This document shows, piece after piece, positions 9,364-20,592 of a stretch of DNA of 64,000 nt (positions are counted from its first letter, which is position 1; each line of letters opens with the position of its first letter). The notes under the pieces are model-generated. The model ran no database searches, was not told the DNA's origin, and worked only from the letters and a program-made list of their open reading frames with translations. This DNA comes from Nitrospirota bacterium. Lineage in GTDB: Bacteria > Nitrospirota > UBA9217. The position numbers and the translations under genes are program-made. Location of the stretch: NCBI GenBank assembly GCA_963818475.1, contig CAWFSF010000003.1, positions 32,001 through 96,000 of the forward strand. The letters run 5' to 3'.

Positions 9364-10137
9364 TCATTCTCCATCAGGAAATCCAGGCATGGTTTTGCGC
9401 AATTGATACGCGTTCCATTCCTCAAGAGGGATGTCTTTGGTCGAATAACCTCCAGCCGGCGCCTCCGGCCCGAGGGCTACGCACCTGACAGCGTACGTTC
9501 CATTTTTGCTGATCCGTATCGACGGCATCTCAATCTGGAGATCGCTGTTTTCGAGCAGACTCACCGTCCCGTACCCGCCCAGAGGCGAGAATTTGTAGCC
9601 CCCCGCCCTCCAGAAGAGCGAGAGTTCAGCCTCCGTAGGCAGCGCCCAGCAGCCTTTCGGTTCCACCTCCGCACAGAACACTTTGGCGCGACCGAGATCA
9701 GGAGGAGACAGGCTGCTTTCGATCTGCAGCATGTCGGTCCAAGCAAGTCCACCCTGTTCGTCATACCAGCCGGTGATTCCGACTGCTGTTCGGAACGATG
9801 ACCACTGCCCTGACAATTTTTCTCTTGCCGAAAAGGCAAGCCGCCCCGAAAACCTGGCAGCCAGCTTCTGCTGGAACGCTTCTTTTTGTTCGTTCTTCAT
9901 GGACTGCTCGAGTTGGATTCGTTCACTTTTCAGCTCGTGCAGCAGGATCTCGCCGGGAAAGGTGAAGCCTCCGTGAATGGGAATCGGGTAAAAGAGTGAA
10001 AGGAGCCCGATGGTGAGACCGGTCACGAGCAGCGCCTTGCCCATGCCCCGCTTCTTCATCCTCCGGAAGACGCCGACCGTAACGGCGGTGACGACGAGTA
10101 AATAGGCGCCTAAAAAGATGAGGAAGAACATGGGCAT
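9364..10137 (-). CDS. Hypothetical membrane-anchored protein (Lcl/DUF1566-like C-terminus)
   Basis: Two N-terminal TM helices; AKVFC...WALPTEAEL...AVRCV. Confidence 0.55.
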   Translation of the reverse strand: MPMFFLIFLGAYLLVVTAVTVGVFRRMKKRGMGKALLVTGLTIGLLSLFYPIPIHGGFTFPGEILLHELKSERIQLEQSMKNEQKEAFQQKLAARFSGRLAFSAREKLSGQWSSFRTAVGITGWYDEQGGLAWTDMLQIESSLSPPDLGRAKVFCAEVEPKGCWALPTEAELSLFWRAGGYKFSPLGGYGTVSLLENSDLQIEMPSIRISKNGTYAVRCVALGPEAPAGGYSTKDIPLEEWNAYQLRKTMPGFPDGE

Positions 10138-10300
10138 CGTTTATCTCAAAACAACGATTGAACCTGACATTAAAGCACCAATCGAAACAACCTCAAGCGA
10201 GTGATCAAAGCAGACCGGATGCGACGCCTTTTTGGTCCGGGTTTTCATAAGAACACAGGGTGAGGTCCTTTGTTATGGTATCTACCCATGATCCTCAGGG

Positions 10301-10788
10301 TTAGGATACGCGGCGGGCGCCGAGGAAATGTTTTTTCCAGTAGGGATCGTCGAGGCTGTCCTCGCGCACGTTCTTGCCGCTGCTCGTCGCATGCACGAAC
10401 CGGCGATTGCTGGTGAAAATGCCGACGTGGGAGTATTTCTTTCCGGACTGGTCGAAGAACAGGAGGTCGCCTTTCCGCATGTCGCGCGACAGGATCGGCA
10501 CGGTGCGCTGCATGAGCGGTCCTGTTCCATGCGGCAGGTTCATGCCGGCGGCAAGATAGCTGTAGCGCACGAGCCCGCTGCAGTCGAAGCCCTCGGGGCT
10601 TTCGCCCCGGTACTGATAGGGCTTGCCGACCATGGTGAGGGCAATGTCCGCCGCCGTATCAGCCGCAGCTGCGGAGTATGCTCCAGCCGGTCGCGGCGGT
10701 GCTGCCACGCACCCGGAGACCAGGCCGATGATGAGCCACAAAGCTCCTGCAAACGCATACCACCTCACCATCTTGCTGCCTCTCTTCA
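10301..10788 (-). CDS. NlpC/P60 (C40) peptidase lipoprotein
   Basis: Lipobox VSGC; GKPYQYRG...GFDCSGL...HVGIF; the longer ORF start overlaps the upstream gene. Confidence 0.9.
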
Positions 10789-10823
10789 TGTATCTCATCC
10801 TCGCCCGGCCGCCCCTCTTTCCA

Positions 10824-11945
10824 TCACACATAGGTCGGCGGCGCATCCTTGTAGTGGTCATAGATCTTCTCAAAGGACTTGTGCGTGTCCTCGAATACTT
10901 CGAGAACCTTCGGGTCGAAATGATGGGGACCCATGCGCTCATTTCCCTTGACCATGATCCGGTACGCCATGATGTAGTCGAAGGCAGGCTTGTAGGGCCG
11001 GGTGCTCCTGAGCGCATCATACTGGTCGGCAAAGGCCACGATCCTTCCTTCGATCGGGATCTCCTCGCCTTTCAAGGCGCCGGGATACCCGGTCCCGTCC
11101 CAGCGCTCGTGGTGATTGATCGCCACCCGTTCCGCCATCTGGAGAAACTCGGAGTGGGACCCCTGCAGGATCTTTCCCCCTATGGTCGTATGGGTCTTGA
11201 CCAGGGCAAGCTCCTCAGGCGTGAGCGAGCCGGGCTTCAAAAGGATATCTGACGGGATGGCGATCTTCCCGATGTCATGCATCGGGGACGCGTATTTTAT
11301 CGTTTCCACCTTGTCCTCGGACCATCCAAGTTCGCGCGCAATGTGAGCACAGCACAGCCCGACCCGCTTGACATGCGCTGCCGTGGCCTCATCCTTGTAC
11401 TCGGCCACGATGGTCAGCCGGAAGATCGTGTCCAGATAGCTCACCTTCAGTTTTCGCTGCGATTTGACGATGTCCTGCAGGGCAGCATTGAGCTCGGAGG
11501 TCTTCTTCTCGGTCTCGGCCGCGAGGCGTACTGCGTGGTCTTTGAGAAAATCCTCAAATTCCTTGATCCGGAGAAGGTTCCTGGTCCGGATCATCACCTC
11601 GGTGCTGTCTACCGGTTTGGTCAGAAAGTCGTTCGCCCCGGCTTCGAGTGCCTTGAGCTTGGAGGCCTTGTCGTCAAGCGCCGTCATGACCAGGATCGGA
11701 ATGTGCCGGGTGTCGATGTTGTCCTTCAGCATCCTGCAGACCGCGTACCCGTCCAGCTCCGGCATCATGATGTCGAGAAAGATCAGGTCCGGATTGAATT
11801 CCACAGTCTTGAGGATGGCGTCTTTGCCGTTCTTCGCCGTATCGAACACGCAGGACAGGCCCTTCAGGATCGCCATGATGAGCCTGAAGTTCTTCTCCTC
11901 ATCGTCAACGATCAGGATCCTCGGCTGCTTGCTCGCTTCCGTCAT
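10824..11945 (-). CDS. Response regulator with HD-GYP c-di-GMP phosphodiesterase domain
   Basis: N-terminal REC; MHDIGK and [11 protein letters not shown]. Confidence 0.95.
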   Translation of the reverse strand: MTEASKQPRILIVDDEEKNFRLIMAILKGLSCVFDTAKNGKDAILKTVEFNPDLIFLDIMMPELDGYAVCRMLKDNIDTRHIPILVMTALDDKASKLKALEAGANDFLTKPVDSTEVMIRTRNLLRIKEFEDFLKDHAVRLAAETEKKTSELNAALQDIVKSQRKLKVSYLDTIFRLTIVAEYKDEATAAHVKRVGLCCAHIARELGWSEDKVETIKYASPMHDIGKIAIPSDILLKPGSLTPEELALVKTHTTIGGKILQGSHSEFLQMAERVAINHHERWDGTGYPGALKGEEIPIEGRIVAFADQYDALRSTRPYKPAFDYIMAYRIMVKGNERMGPHHFDPKVLEVFEDTHKSFEKIYDHYKDAPPTYV

Positions 11946-14131
11946 GTTCTCTCCTTCTCATGCACACTGGCATTTCGCGGGATCGTGAAACTGAAGCAGG
12001 CGCCCTTGCCGGGTTCACTCTCCACCCGGATGCTGCCCCCGTGCAGCTCCACGATCTTTTTACTGAGGTGGAGCCCAAGCCCCGTGCCCTCGAATTTTTT
12101 CGTCAAGGAATTGTCGAGCTGCACGAACGGTCGAAAGAGCCTCCGGCATTCCTCCTGCGTCATGCCGATGCCGGTGTCCGTAACGCTAACTTCGACGAGG
12201 TCAGGGGCCGGGGCCTGGCCGTTGACTCTCCGCGCGCTGATGCTTACGCGCCCCCCGGCGGGCGTGAACTTCACCGCATTGGCGAGCAGGTTCAGGGCGA
12301 CCTGCTTGACCTTCGTCTTATCCGCCGTGACCAGCTCGACATCGTCGCTGATCTCCGCGGCCAGGCTGAGCCCCTGCTTCTGCGCCCGCTCCCGAAACAG
12401 CGAAAGGCTCCCTTCGAGGAGCTCTTTCAGATAGAAGTCGTCAAGATCGAGCTCCATCATACCCGCTTCGATCTTCGACAGGTCCAGGATGTTGTTGATG
12501 ATCCGCTGCAGGTGCTTGCCGCTCTCCCAGATGTCCTTGAGATAGAGCTCCTGGTCCGGCGTGAGCGGCCCGCTTGCGCCGTCCCGCAATATCTCGGAAA
12601 AACCGATGATCGAGTTCAGCGGCGTCCGGAGCTCGTGGGACATGTTCGAGAGGAAGTCGGACTTTGCCTTGTTCGCGGCCTCGGCGACCATCCGCGCCTC
12701 CTCGAGCTCCCGGGTCCGCTCCCGCACCTTCGCCTCCATCTGTTCATAGAGCGTGGCGTTCTCGATCGCCACGGCGATGTGGCCTGCCAGGACCTCGAGG
12801 AAATCGATGTCGATGGGCGAATAGGGCTCTCCGCTTTTTTTCTGGCCCAGGGTCAGCACGCCAAGCAGTTGGTCCATAAAGAACAAGGGGAGGACTGCCG
12901 CGGCATCGATGTCCCTCAGGTATCCGACGATGAACGCGGACCCCTTTTCCCGGCGCTCCGCCTCGAGCTCTTCCCGGATCAGGATCTTCCCGGTCAGGGT
13001 GAGCCGCTGGACCAGGTCGCCTGCCAGGGACAAATTTTGCCCGACCCGCTCCTGCATATCGAACCCCTGCCGCAGCCGGTACGACCCGTCCGCGGCCCGC
13101 AAAAAGAGGCAGACGCTTTCCACCTCCAGGTTCTTTCTCATGCTGACGATGATGAACGCCAGCAGCTCGTCCAGGTCAAGGAGCGTGGAGATCGCGTTGA
13201 TCGAATCCCGCAGCACCTTCTGGTAATCGTACTTGTTCCGCACGACCCGCTGCCGGACCCACTCCGCCACCGTGCGGCTGAACCGGGTCCCGAAGAACAT
13301 CAGGCCGACGATCGGGAGCGAGACAACGATGGCGGCTATTGCACCGAGGGAAGGCTCCAGCAGGGTGAACAGGATGACGTGCATCCCGATGAACAGGACC
13401 GACAAAAGCACGGCCGTCAGCATCCGGAAGATGACGAACCGGATGTCGAACAGCCGGTGACGACTGACCGCGTACGCCGCAAGAGCGACCCAGGGAAGGC
13501 TGAAGTAAGAGCTCAGTCCCGGCTCGAGCGGGGAACCGCCGACCAGGGGCAGAATGCCCGCGATCAGCGTGCCGCCGGCGGCGAAAATGAGCATGCCGTG
13601 GATGAAGTAGCCAAGCTGTACCCGCTTGATCCCGCTCACCTGCCGTCTGAGCCGGAGCAGTTCGAACATCCCCCAGAAGAGCTGGACGATGCCGAGGAAC
13701 CGGAGCGGTTTGGCGAGAGGGCCGGACCGGTCGACATAGGGGATCAGCGCATAATTGCCGCTCTCGATCAGGGCAGTCGACACGCTCACGCACAGAACGA
13801 TGGTCCAGAAGGGATAGAGCACGTACCCGACGATGCGGGCCGCCCGGCTCTCCTCGTCCCTGAGAGAGAAGGCGAACTGCAGTGCCGCCGGTATCATCAG
13901 CCACCCGACCCAACTGGCGCGGGCAAGGAAGGTGACGTCCCGGCCAAAGGACGCGAGGACATACATGAGGCCCGTGAGCAGGGCGAAGGCGCCGGCGAAC
14001 AGGGAGAAAAGCGCCACGGACCTGTTCACGGGGCTGCGCAGCCGGTTGTGCCTGAACAACGCGGTCCCCAGCAGGATCTCGAAGGCCGCGATGATCAGGA
14101 GCGGATAGCCGATGATTTCAAACAGGTTCAT
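11942..14131 (-). CDS. Sensor histidine kinase (N-terminal 7TM, GAF, HisKA, HATPase)
   Basis: Many TM helices; MSHELRTPL; NLLANAVKF; GTGLGL. Confidence 0.95.
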   Translation of the reverse strand: MNLFEIIGYPLLIIAAFEILLGTALFRHNRLRSPVNRSVALFSLFAGAFALLTGLMYVLASFGRDVTFLARASWVGWLMIPAALQFAFSLRDEESRAARIVGYVLYPFWTIVLCVSVSTALIESGNYALIPYVDRSGPLAKPLRFLGIVQLFWGMFELLRLRRQVSGIKRVQLGYFIHGMLIFAAGGTLIAGILPLVGGSPLEPGLSSYFSLPWVALAAYAVSRHRLFDIRFVIFRMLTAVLLSVLFIGMHVILFTLLEPSLGAIAAIVVSLPIVGLMFFGTRFSRTVAEWVRQRVVRNKYDYQKVLRDSINAISTLLDLDELLAFIIVSMRKNLEVESVCLFLRAADGSYRLRQGFDMQERVGQNLSLAGDLVQRLTLTGKILIREELEAERREKGSAFIVGYLRDIDAAAVLPLFFMDQLLGVLTLGQKKSGEPYSPIDIDFLEVLAGHIAVAIENATLYEQMEAKVRERTRELEEARMVAEAANKAKSDFLSNMSHELRTPLNSIIGFSEILRDGASGPLTPDQELYLKDIWESGKHLQRIINNILDLSKIEAGMMELDLDDFYLKELLEGSLSLFRERAQKQGLSLAAEISDDVELVTADKTKVKQVALNLLANAVKFTPAGGRVSISARRVNGQAPAPDLVEVSVTDTGIGMTQEECRRLFRPFVQLDNSLTKKFEGTGLGLHLSKKIVELHGGSIRVESEPGKGACFSFTIPRNASVHEKERT

Positions 14132-14267
14132 GCTGCATCCCCGTGGGCCGGATTTCTACCGCCGGGCATTGGCGTTCCGCGTCAGCCCGTGCGTCGGTCT
14201 GAAGCAGAGTAGAACAGATTGTACCACAATATTGCGCTTCTGTAATCAAAAAGAGCCAGAAAACCCC

Positions 14268-14296
14268 TTGACCCCTCTTCCCTGCCCTGCTATATT
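14268..14296 (+). promoter_or_regulatory. Sigma70-type promoter giving a probable leaderless mRNA
   Basis: TTGACC-N17-TATATT, then 6 nt to the ATG at 14303, no SD. Confidence 0.6.
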
Positions 14297-14302
14297 CCCC
14301 CC

Positions 14303-16223
14303 ATGAAACATACCATTACCTTCGTCCCGGACAACGTCACTGTCACGGTCGACGACAACACCAATCTCTTCAAGGCCGTGAAATCCGCGGGGGTCTACGT
14401 GCTCTCGTCCTGCGGCGGCAAAGGCAACTGCGGCAAGTGCAAGGTCGTGGTCAGGGAAGGCACGGTCGAACCCGGCAAGTCCCGCTCGTACCTCTCTGCC
14501 GAAGAGATCGAACGCGGCTACGTGCTCGCCTGCCATTCAAAGGTCAAAAGCAGCCTGGTCGTCGAGATCCCGCAGGAATCGCGCATGCAGGCGAAGCACA
14601 AGATCGCCACCGGCGCAAAGACCGACGAGCTGCTCGATCTCATGCGCAGCGCCGGCGGGTGCCTGGAGTCCCGCATCAGCCGCGTCTATCTCGAGATCGA
14701 TCCGCCCACCATCGACGACAATATCGCCGACTACGAGCGGCTCCGGCGGGCCGTGGACAAAGAGGGCTTTGACGCCTCGCACCTCCACATGAGCCACATG
14801 ATGCTCTCCAAGCTCGCCCATGTGCTGCGCGAGGGCAACTGGAAGGTCACGGTCTCCCTGTTCAACGTCACCGCGGTGCTCGAAGTGCTCGACATCTTCC
14901 CGGGCGACGCGACGAAGACGCGCTACGGCGCTGCCGTGGACATCGGCACCACCACCGTGGTCGTCTACCTCGTGGACCTTACGAACGGCCAGATCGTCGG
15001 CACGGCCTCGACCTACAACAGCCAGGTGAAGTGCGGCGACGACGTGATCACGCGCATCGTCTATGCCACGGAGCGGAACGGGCTCAAGGAGCTCCAGGAC
15101 CTGGCCGTGGGCAACATCAACACCATGCTGGCGGACCTGGCCGAGAAGAACAGCATCCCCCCGGGCATGATCGACTACATGGTCGTGGCCGGCAACACCA
15201 CCATGATGCACCTCTTCTACGGCATCGACCCGCAGCATATCCGGGAAGAGCCCTACATCCCGACCGCCACCTTCTTCCCGATCATCCGGGGGAAAAGCGT
15301 CGGGTTCCAGTTCGACCCGCAGACCATCATCTACTCCATGCCGAACGTGGCAAGCTACGTGGGCGGCGACATCACCTCGGGCATCATGGTCTCGCAGATC
15401 CACAAGCAGGACAAGGTCTCGCTCTTCATCGACATCGGCACCAACGGCGAGATCGTGCTCGGCAACAAGGAGTGGCTCGTGACCGCGGCCTGCTCGGCAG
15501 GCCCGGCCTTCGAAGGGAGCGGCATCAAGTTCGGCATGCGCGCCATGGAAGGGGCCATCGAAGAGGTGGAGATCGACCCGAAGACGCTATGAAGTGAACT
15601 TCCGGGTCATCGGCGACGTGAAGCCCATCGGCGTCTGCGGCTCGGGCATGATCGACGCCCTGGCCGAGATGTATCTGTCGGGCGTCATCGACCAGAAGGG
15701 AAAGATCCGCGAGGAGATCGGGTCCAAGCGCATCCGGCGGGGAGAGAGCGGCCTCGAATACGTGCTGGCCTGGCGGGTGGAAAGCGCCATCAACAAGGAG
15801 ATCGTGCTGACCGAAGTGGACCTGGACAACCTGATCCGCGCCAAGGGCGCTATCTACGCCGGCTTTGCCACACTGCTTGCGCATATGGGCATGGGCTTCC
15901 ACGACATCGAGAAACTTTACATCGCCGGCGGTTTCGGCAGGTACATCGACGTGGAGCGCGCCATCACCATCGGCATGCTGCCCGACCTGCCGGTCGAGAA
16001 GTTCCAGTTCCTCGGCAACACGTCCATCATGGGCGCCTACTATGCGCTGCTCTGCGACCGCTTGCGGCACGAGGCCGAGGAGATCGCGAAGAAGATGACC
16101 TACGTGGAGCTCTCGGTCTCGCGGAGTTTCATGGACGAGTACATGTCAGCGCTGTTTTTGCCGCACACGAACCTGGATGCGTTCCCGACGGTGAAGAAGG
16201 AGCTGGAGAAGAGGAAGAAGTAA
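14303..16223 (+). CDS. ASKHA-domain 2Fe-2S protein, RACo/DUF4445 family (reductive activator of corrinoid proteins); frameshift near 15590
   Basis: CGGKGNCGKC...LAC ferredoxin domain; DIGTTT, DIGTNGE, AGPAFEG, GVCGSG and AGGFG motifs. Confidence 0.9.
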
Positions 16224-16252
16224 CTCACAACCACATACTGCTGAAACACTTA

Positions 16253-16293
16253 CAGGCTGACCGGTTACTTTCGGTCAGCCTGTTGTATTTTTG
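16253..16293 (+). terminator. Intrinsic terminator
   Basis: CAGGCTGACCG-loop-CGGTCAGCCTG followed by a T-rich tract. Confidence 0.75.
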
Positions 16294-16448
16294 ATCGATT
16301 CTGCAACCGTGTTCACAAACAACTCAACGGCGGGCTACGAGAGGAACTGTTGCAACTATCCCAACGATTGCGCCCTTTCTAAACCACATTCGCACACTCC
16401 TTCACTGTTGCCCAGCAGCGAGCTACCCGAATTGGATTGAGCGCCAGG

Positions 16449-16862
16449 TTAGACCTTTGATCTATTGCGCTTGATGATCTTTTCACGAAATTTTCGCGCT
16501 GCCTCCCGTTCGAACCAAAGCAAACTGATCCACAATTTTTGTCGTTTCGTGGTTATGCGATATTCGTGCGGCCCGTGCAATCTGTCTGCTGGATATCCAA
16601 GACGCTCAGCGTTTTCAACTTTTATTATTTCTGAGTAGGTGATCTCAATAGTACGAATCCATCCATCATAGCGAAATACATGGTCACCAAATGACATTTT
16701 CCTGTTGTACAATCGAGCTACGGCTGCAATAACAACGCAAACGAGTATTAGCATCGCGAAATATTCTCGCATGTAGAAAAGGCTGCAAGTTGCAAGTAGA
16801 AACAGGGCTGTAAGGCCATGCCCGAATAGGCCAACTGCGTATAGGTTTGCTCTGAAGGTCAT
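16449..16862 (-). CDS. Integron-cassette gene, small membrane protein (PH-like domain)
   Basis: Low GC; ATG 7 nt after GTTAGGC; stop codon lies inside GTCTAAC. Confidence 0.7.
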   Translation of the reverse strand: MTFRANLYAVGLFGHGLTALFLLATCSLFYMREYFAMLILVCVVIAAVARLYNRKMSFGDHVFRYDGWIRTIEITYSEIIKVENAERLGYPADRLHGPHEYRITTKRQKLWISLLWFEREAARKFREKIIKRNRSKV

Positions 16863-16868
16863 ATTATT

Positions 16869-16927
16869 GCCTAACGCGCGGGTGTAGGGCGCGGGTCACA
16901 GCGACCCACACGACCCGCTGGTTGGAA
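16869..16927 (-). other. attC recombination site
   Basis: TTCCAAC-cagcgggtcgt...acacccgcgc-GTTAGGC, 59-bp imperfect palindrome. Confidence 0.7.
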
Positions 16928-16974
16928 TCATCATCGAGTCGTTGCTTTATTCTTCATGGACTGCAAATTTATGT

Positions 16975-17457
16975 TTACAGTGGGGCTTCGTCGATAAGGG
17001 ATAGTGCGCGGTTGAGCACTGAAGGGGTGAGGCGGAAATGCACCCGTTCGATGATTTGGGCTATAATGGGACGCACCTCGGAAAGAAAACCCTTCCGCTT
17101 TGCCAAGATGAGCAAGCCCAGTGTGCCAATGACTTTAAGGCCAAGCTCGTCTGCGATTTCCCGAGCCTGTTTGTCATCTAAAATAATGCCTTGTATACCC
17201 CGTTCCAACGCGAGGGCAATCGCTTCGCTTTCACCTGCATGGAGGTTCAATTTCAAGAAACGAACGGGCATTTCGGCAGCAATCGGTTCAACGCGGATGA
17301 ACGGAGGCAGTTCCACAGTAACTTTCGCTGCCGTGCCCATAACTTCGTCACGCACCGAGACAGGGATGATGACCGTATCAAATAAGTGTTGCATGAGGTC
17401 AAGACGATCCACGGAGGAAAGGGCAATGAGCGGCGAGGAGTCGCTGACGACTATCAC
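16975..17457 (-). CDS. PIN-domain toxin (DUF3368 family)
   Basis: IVVSDSSPLI...LHAGESEAIALA...ILDDKQAR...GTLGLL. Confidence 0.9.
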   Translation of the reverse strand: MIVVSDSSPLIALSSVDRLDLMQHLFDTVIIPVSVRDEVMGTAAKVTVELPPFIRVEPIAAEMPVRFLKLNLHAGESEAIALALERGIQGIILDDKQAREIADELGLKVIGTLGLLILAKRKGFLSEVRPIIAQIIERVHFRLTPSVLNRALSLIDEAPL

Positions 17458-17708
17458 CGGAAAGAATCCATGTTGGCGAGGTCACGGTCAAGCTCAGCGT
17501 CATCATAATTCAGAAAGACGCCCTCGTCTTTCAGCACCTGCATAAACTCCATCCTGCTTTTGCCGCACAGCTCGCAAGCCTTACCGATGCCCAGAGCGCC
17601 TTTTTCATATAATTTCACGGCTAACAACTTCATAAGGTCGCTCGGGAGTGTCTTTTCAGGAAGCTTGAGTGAATGTAGCACCGAATCGGGTATGGTAAGC
17701 GATAACAT
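17454..17708 (-). CDS. UPF0175-family antitoxin
   Basis: LAVKLYEKGALGIGKACELCGKSRMEF; overlaps the toxin start; TTGACG-N17-TAAACT upstream. Confidence 0.85.
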   Translation of the reverse strand: MLSLTIPDSVLHSLKLPEKTLPSDLMKLLAVKLYEKGALGIGKACELCGKSRMEFMQVLKDEGVFLNYDDAELDRDLANMDSFR

Positions 17709-17854
17709 GACTATGACCTCCTTCAGCTTGATTTTACTATAAGACAGTTTACCCGCAAAGGCCAACAGCGTCAAGTGCTATTGGGCTTGCGGAGTCACTT
17801 TAGTCGTTTTCACTCCTCAGCGGAAGAAGTTTTCAATGCGTTGACGTCATGCAG

Positions 17855-18304
17855 CTATTGACATAACTCAATTTGGCTTCTTAACTTCACCAATTCCTCA
17901 ACCGCAAAATAACACCTGTAAATCTTCGGATAAGCTTTTGAATCGAGTATAATGTTTTTTGTTTGTTTATCAGGGGCTGGCTGCAGTATAAAATCTGGTT
18001 GAACTGTGAGGATAAGTCGTCTGTTATCATTTATTGAGCTCATACCATTCATCCAGCCCCATTGCCCTTCAATAGTAAATTTATAAACACCATCGATTTT
18101 CCATTTTCCGTTAATCGTTCGGCCACTAAAAGAGAGTGGGCCAGAGTCAAAGGAACCATCAGATGAAAAACGATAATAAGAGGAACCATCCGTAAAAACA
18201 AATTGGCCTTCCTTTTTTATAATGTCTAGTGCATTTGGATAAGTTTCTCCATTAGCGAAATGGGGCAAAAATATGATTAAGAGTAACAACAAAAACTTTT
18301 TCAT
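17855..18304 (-). CDS. Secreted hypothetical protein (low GC)
   Basis: Signal peptide MKKFLLLLLIIFLPHFANG; ATGA overlap with the transposase stop. Confidence 0.7.
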   Translation of the reverse strand: MKKFLLLLLIIFLPHFANGETYPNALDIIKKEGQFVFTDGSSYYRFSSDGSFDSGPLSFSGRTINGKWKIDGVYKFTIEGQWGWMNGMSSINDNRRLILTVQPDFILQPAPDKQTKNIILDSKAYPKIYRCYFAVEELVKLRSQIELCQ

Positions 18305-19362
18305 TTTTCACCTTTGCTGTAGCAGGCAAGAAACTGACGACAGGCGGCAAGTTTCTCCTTGCGGCAGCGATTGCCCAGAAGGCCGTAATGTCTGATTTTC
18401 ACGAACCGGTCAGGAAGGACGTGAAGGAGGAACCGCCGGATGAACTCCTCGGCTTTCAGGGGCATGATTTTGGTTTTGTTCCCGTCCGCGTAGTCGCGCC
18501 ACCGGAAAGAGACTTCATCGTCTTCGAACTTCATAATTCGGTGATTGCTGATCGCGATCCGGTGAGTGTATCTGCCGAGATACTCCAGAACGTCCTTGGT
18601 ATGCTTGAAAGGCGTTTTGCAGTAGACGACCCAGTTCTTCTTGTACAGGTTTGAGATCAGGGCATTAAAGGCCCCCGGCGACGCAAGGTGGCTTACGGCG
18701 CCGGGGTAAATGAGTTTGTTCTCAGCACGGAACTTTTTCAGATAAGCGATAAACTTCCCTCGAAAGAGCTTCGACATCACCTTGACGTGGACGAAGAAGT
18801 CCTTCTTGCATGACTTCCATTTCCGCCCGTCACGGGACAAGCCCCCGCCGGTCACAATGTTGTGGAGATGGGGATGGTCCATGAGGTTTTGTCCCCAGGT
18901 GTGCAGAATACTGATAAACCCGATCAGCGCTCCCAGGCGCTTTGGGTTCGCCGCAAGCTCCAGCAGGGTTTCTGAAACAGCCTTGAATAGAATCCCATAG
19001 AGGGCGTTCTGATTCCGGAGCACAAGGGGATTGAGAGTGTCGGGGATGGTGAAGACGACGTGGAAGTACGGTATGGGAAGCAGGTCCTTTCCCCGGTCTT
19101 CGATCCACCGCTCTTTTTTGAGGAACTGGCACTTGGGGCAATGACGGTTTCTGCAGGAGTTGTACGAGATCACCTTTGTGCCGCAGTGCTCGCACTCATC
19201 CACATGGCCGCCTTGATCGACGGTGCGGCAGGTCTCGATCGATCGCATGGCGCGAAGACGATTTAGGGGCATGGGATGAGCGTGGCGGTAATCAGGACCG
19301 TACCGGCGAAAGATGTCGGCAACCTCGAGCTGTCGGCTATCCCGCGTGAACACGGCGGACAC
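18301..19362 (-). CDS. IS91-family (Y2 rolling-circle) transposase, apparently C-terminally truncated
   Basis: SCRNRHCPKC Zn domain, HTWG...HPHLH HUH motif, YLGRYTHR, IRHYGLL. Confidence 0.95.
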   Translation of the reverse strand: MSAVFTRDSRQLEVADIFRRYGPDYRHAHPMPLNRLRAMRSIETCRTVDQGGHVDECEHCGTKVISYNSCRNRHCPKCQFLKKERWIEDRGKDLLPIPYFHVVFTIPDTLNPLVLRNQNALYGILFKAVSETLLELAANPKRLGALIGFISILHTWGQNLMDHPHLHNIVTGGGLSRDGRKWKSCKKDFFVHVKVMSKLFRGKFIAYLKKFRAENKLIYPGAVSHLASPGAFNALISNLYKKNWVVYCKTPFKHTKDVLEYLGRYTHRIAISNHRIMKFEDDEVSFRWRDYADGNKTKIMPLKAEEFIRRFLLHVLPDRFVKIRHYGLLGNRCRKEKLAACRQFLACYSKGEK

Positions 19363-19374
19363 CGCGTGCGCTGG

Positions 19375-20232
19375 CTACGAGGTCTGTGGAGGATTTGAGA
19401 AGGGATCTGAGTCCAGCGGGCTCACAATCTTTGAAAGGTGCTTTTTGCTCACGTGAAGGTAGATGGTGGTCGTTCTTACCGACGCATGGCCCAGGAGCAG
19501 TTGAATATAGTGCAGATCAGCGCCCGCCTCCAGCAAGTGCGTGGCGAAACTGTGCCGGAGCGTGTGACAGCTTACGGGTTTCGTGATACCGGCTTTAGTT
19601 TTTGCTCGCTTAAACGCAACCTGGATATAGCTGACAGAAACGTAGTGCTCCGGATTTTCACCCGGGAAGAGCCACTGTTTGGGATGGTATTTTTTCCAGT
19701 AGTCCCGGAGCGTTTCCAAGGCAACTTGCGACAAAAGGGTGTATCGGTCCTTCTTCCCTTTGCCCTGATCCACGCGTATTAGCATGCGGCTGCTGTCGAT
19801 GTCCGTGATCTTAAGCCGGGCGGTCTCGCTCGCCCGGAGTCCTGCGGAGTATGTCACCATCAACATCACGCGCTGCTTCAGGCTGGGTGCGGCTTCGAAT
19901 AAGGACAGCACCTCGTCCCGCTCGAGAACGATGGGAAGTGTTTTGGCGCTCTTTGGATAGGGAATCCTGTCCATCACCCAACCTTTGCCAAGCGTTGTCT
20001 CGAAAAGAAACCTCAGCGCGCTGTAGGTTATCTTCAGGGTAGATTGGGATACTTTCTTGTCCCGGACGAGGTAGAGCAGGTACGCTTTGACATCTCCGTC
20101 TTCCAAAAGGTTGGGCGGCTTTTTGAAATGGCGTTCCATGTCGCGCGCCGCCCGGTGATACAATGACTGCGTCTTTGGGGCCAATCCCCGAAGCACCATG
20201 TCGCCTTGCATCTGTTCTTTGTACGTCTCCAT
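19375..20232 (-). CDS. Tyrosine recombinase associated with the IS91 transposase
   Basis: YSAGLR, GKGKKDR, HTLRHSFATHLLE, LLGH, TTIY catalytic residues; 285 aa. Confidence 0.95.
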   Translation of the reverse strand: METYKEQMQGDMVLRGLAPKTQSLYHRAARDMERHFKKPPNLLEDGDVKAYLLYLVRDKKVSQSTLKITYSALRFLFETTLGKGWVMDRIPYPKSAKTLPIVLERDEVLSLFEAAPSLKQRVMLMVTYSAGLRASETARLKITDIDSSRMLIRVDQGKGKKDRYTLLSQVALETLRDYWKKYHPKQWLFPGENPEHYVSVSYIQVAFKRAKTKAGITKPVSCHTLRHSFATHLLEAGADLHYIQLLLGHASVRTTTIYLHVSKKHLSKIVSPLDSDPFSNPPQTS

Positions 20233-20592
20233 TGCACAATCTCCTTCCGCTGAATAGAAATTCCAACGGCATGACGCCGCTGGTGTTGCGAAAGAAGATT
20301 GTAAAATGACTGGGATTGAGTTGCAAGATTTTGGGGAAGTAATTTCGAATGAGACTCGTGCGATGGGATTACAGCGAAAAGCAGCGGAAAGTGAAAAGCA
20401 CCGCCGCGTAGCGGCTTAGTTCAACAAGTTATTGACTATCCCCTTGTTTTTAGGTCTTTACTATGGGGGATAGTAAAGCACGGATTTCCGTTCTTTACCA
20501 GTTTAGCAATGAACATGCCAAAGCTCTCGAATTAGTATGCATGACTATATGCTTGATCTATGTCGATGTCAACGAAACCGATGGGGTAATTT

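Larger units (their letters stand above)
18301..20425 (-). mobile_element. Tyrosine recombinase + IS91 transposase element; upstream end at GTTGAACTAAGCCGCTACGCGGCGG
   Basis: Co-oriented gene pair; terminal motif at 20401-20425. Confidence 0.75.

Noticed and set aside
19375-20232. Integron integrase IntI
   Set aside because: Too short, no evident IntI-specific insertion, and coupled to an IS91 transposase.
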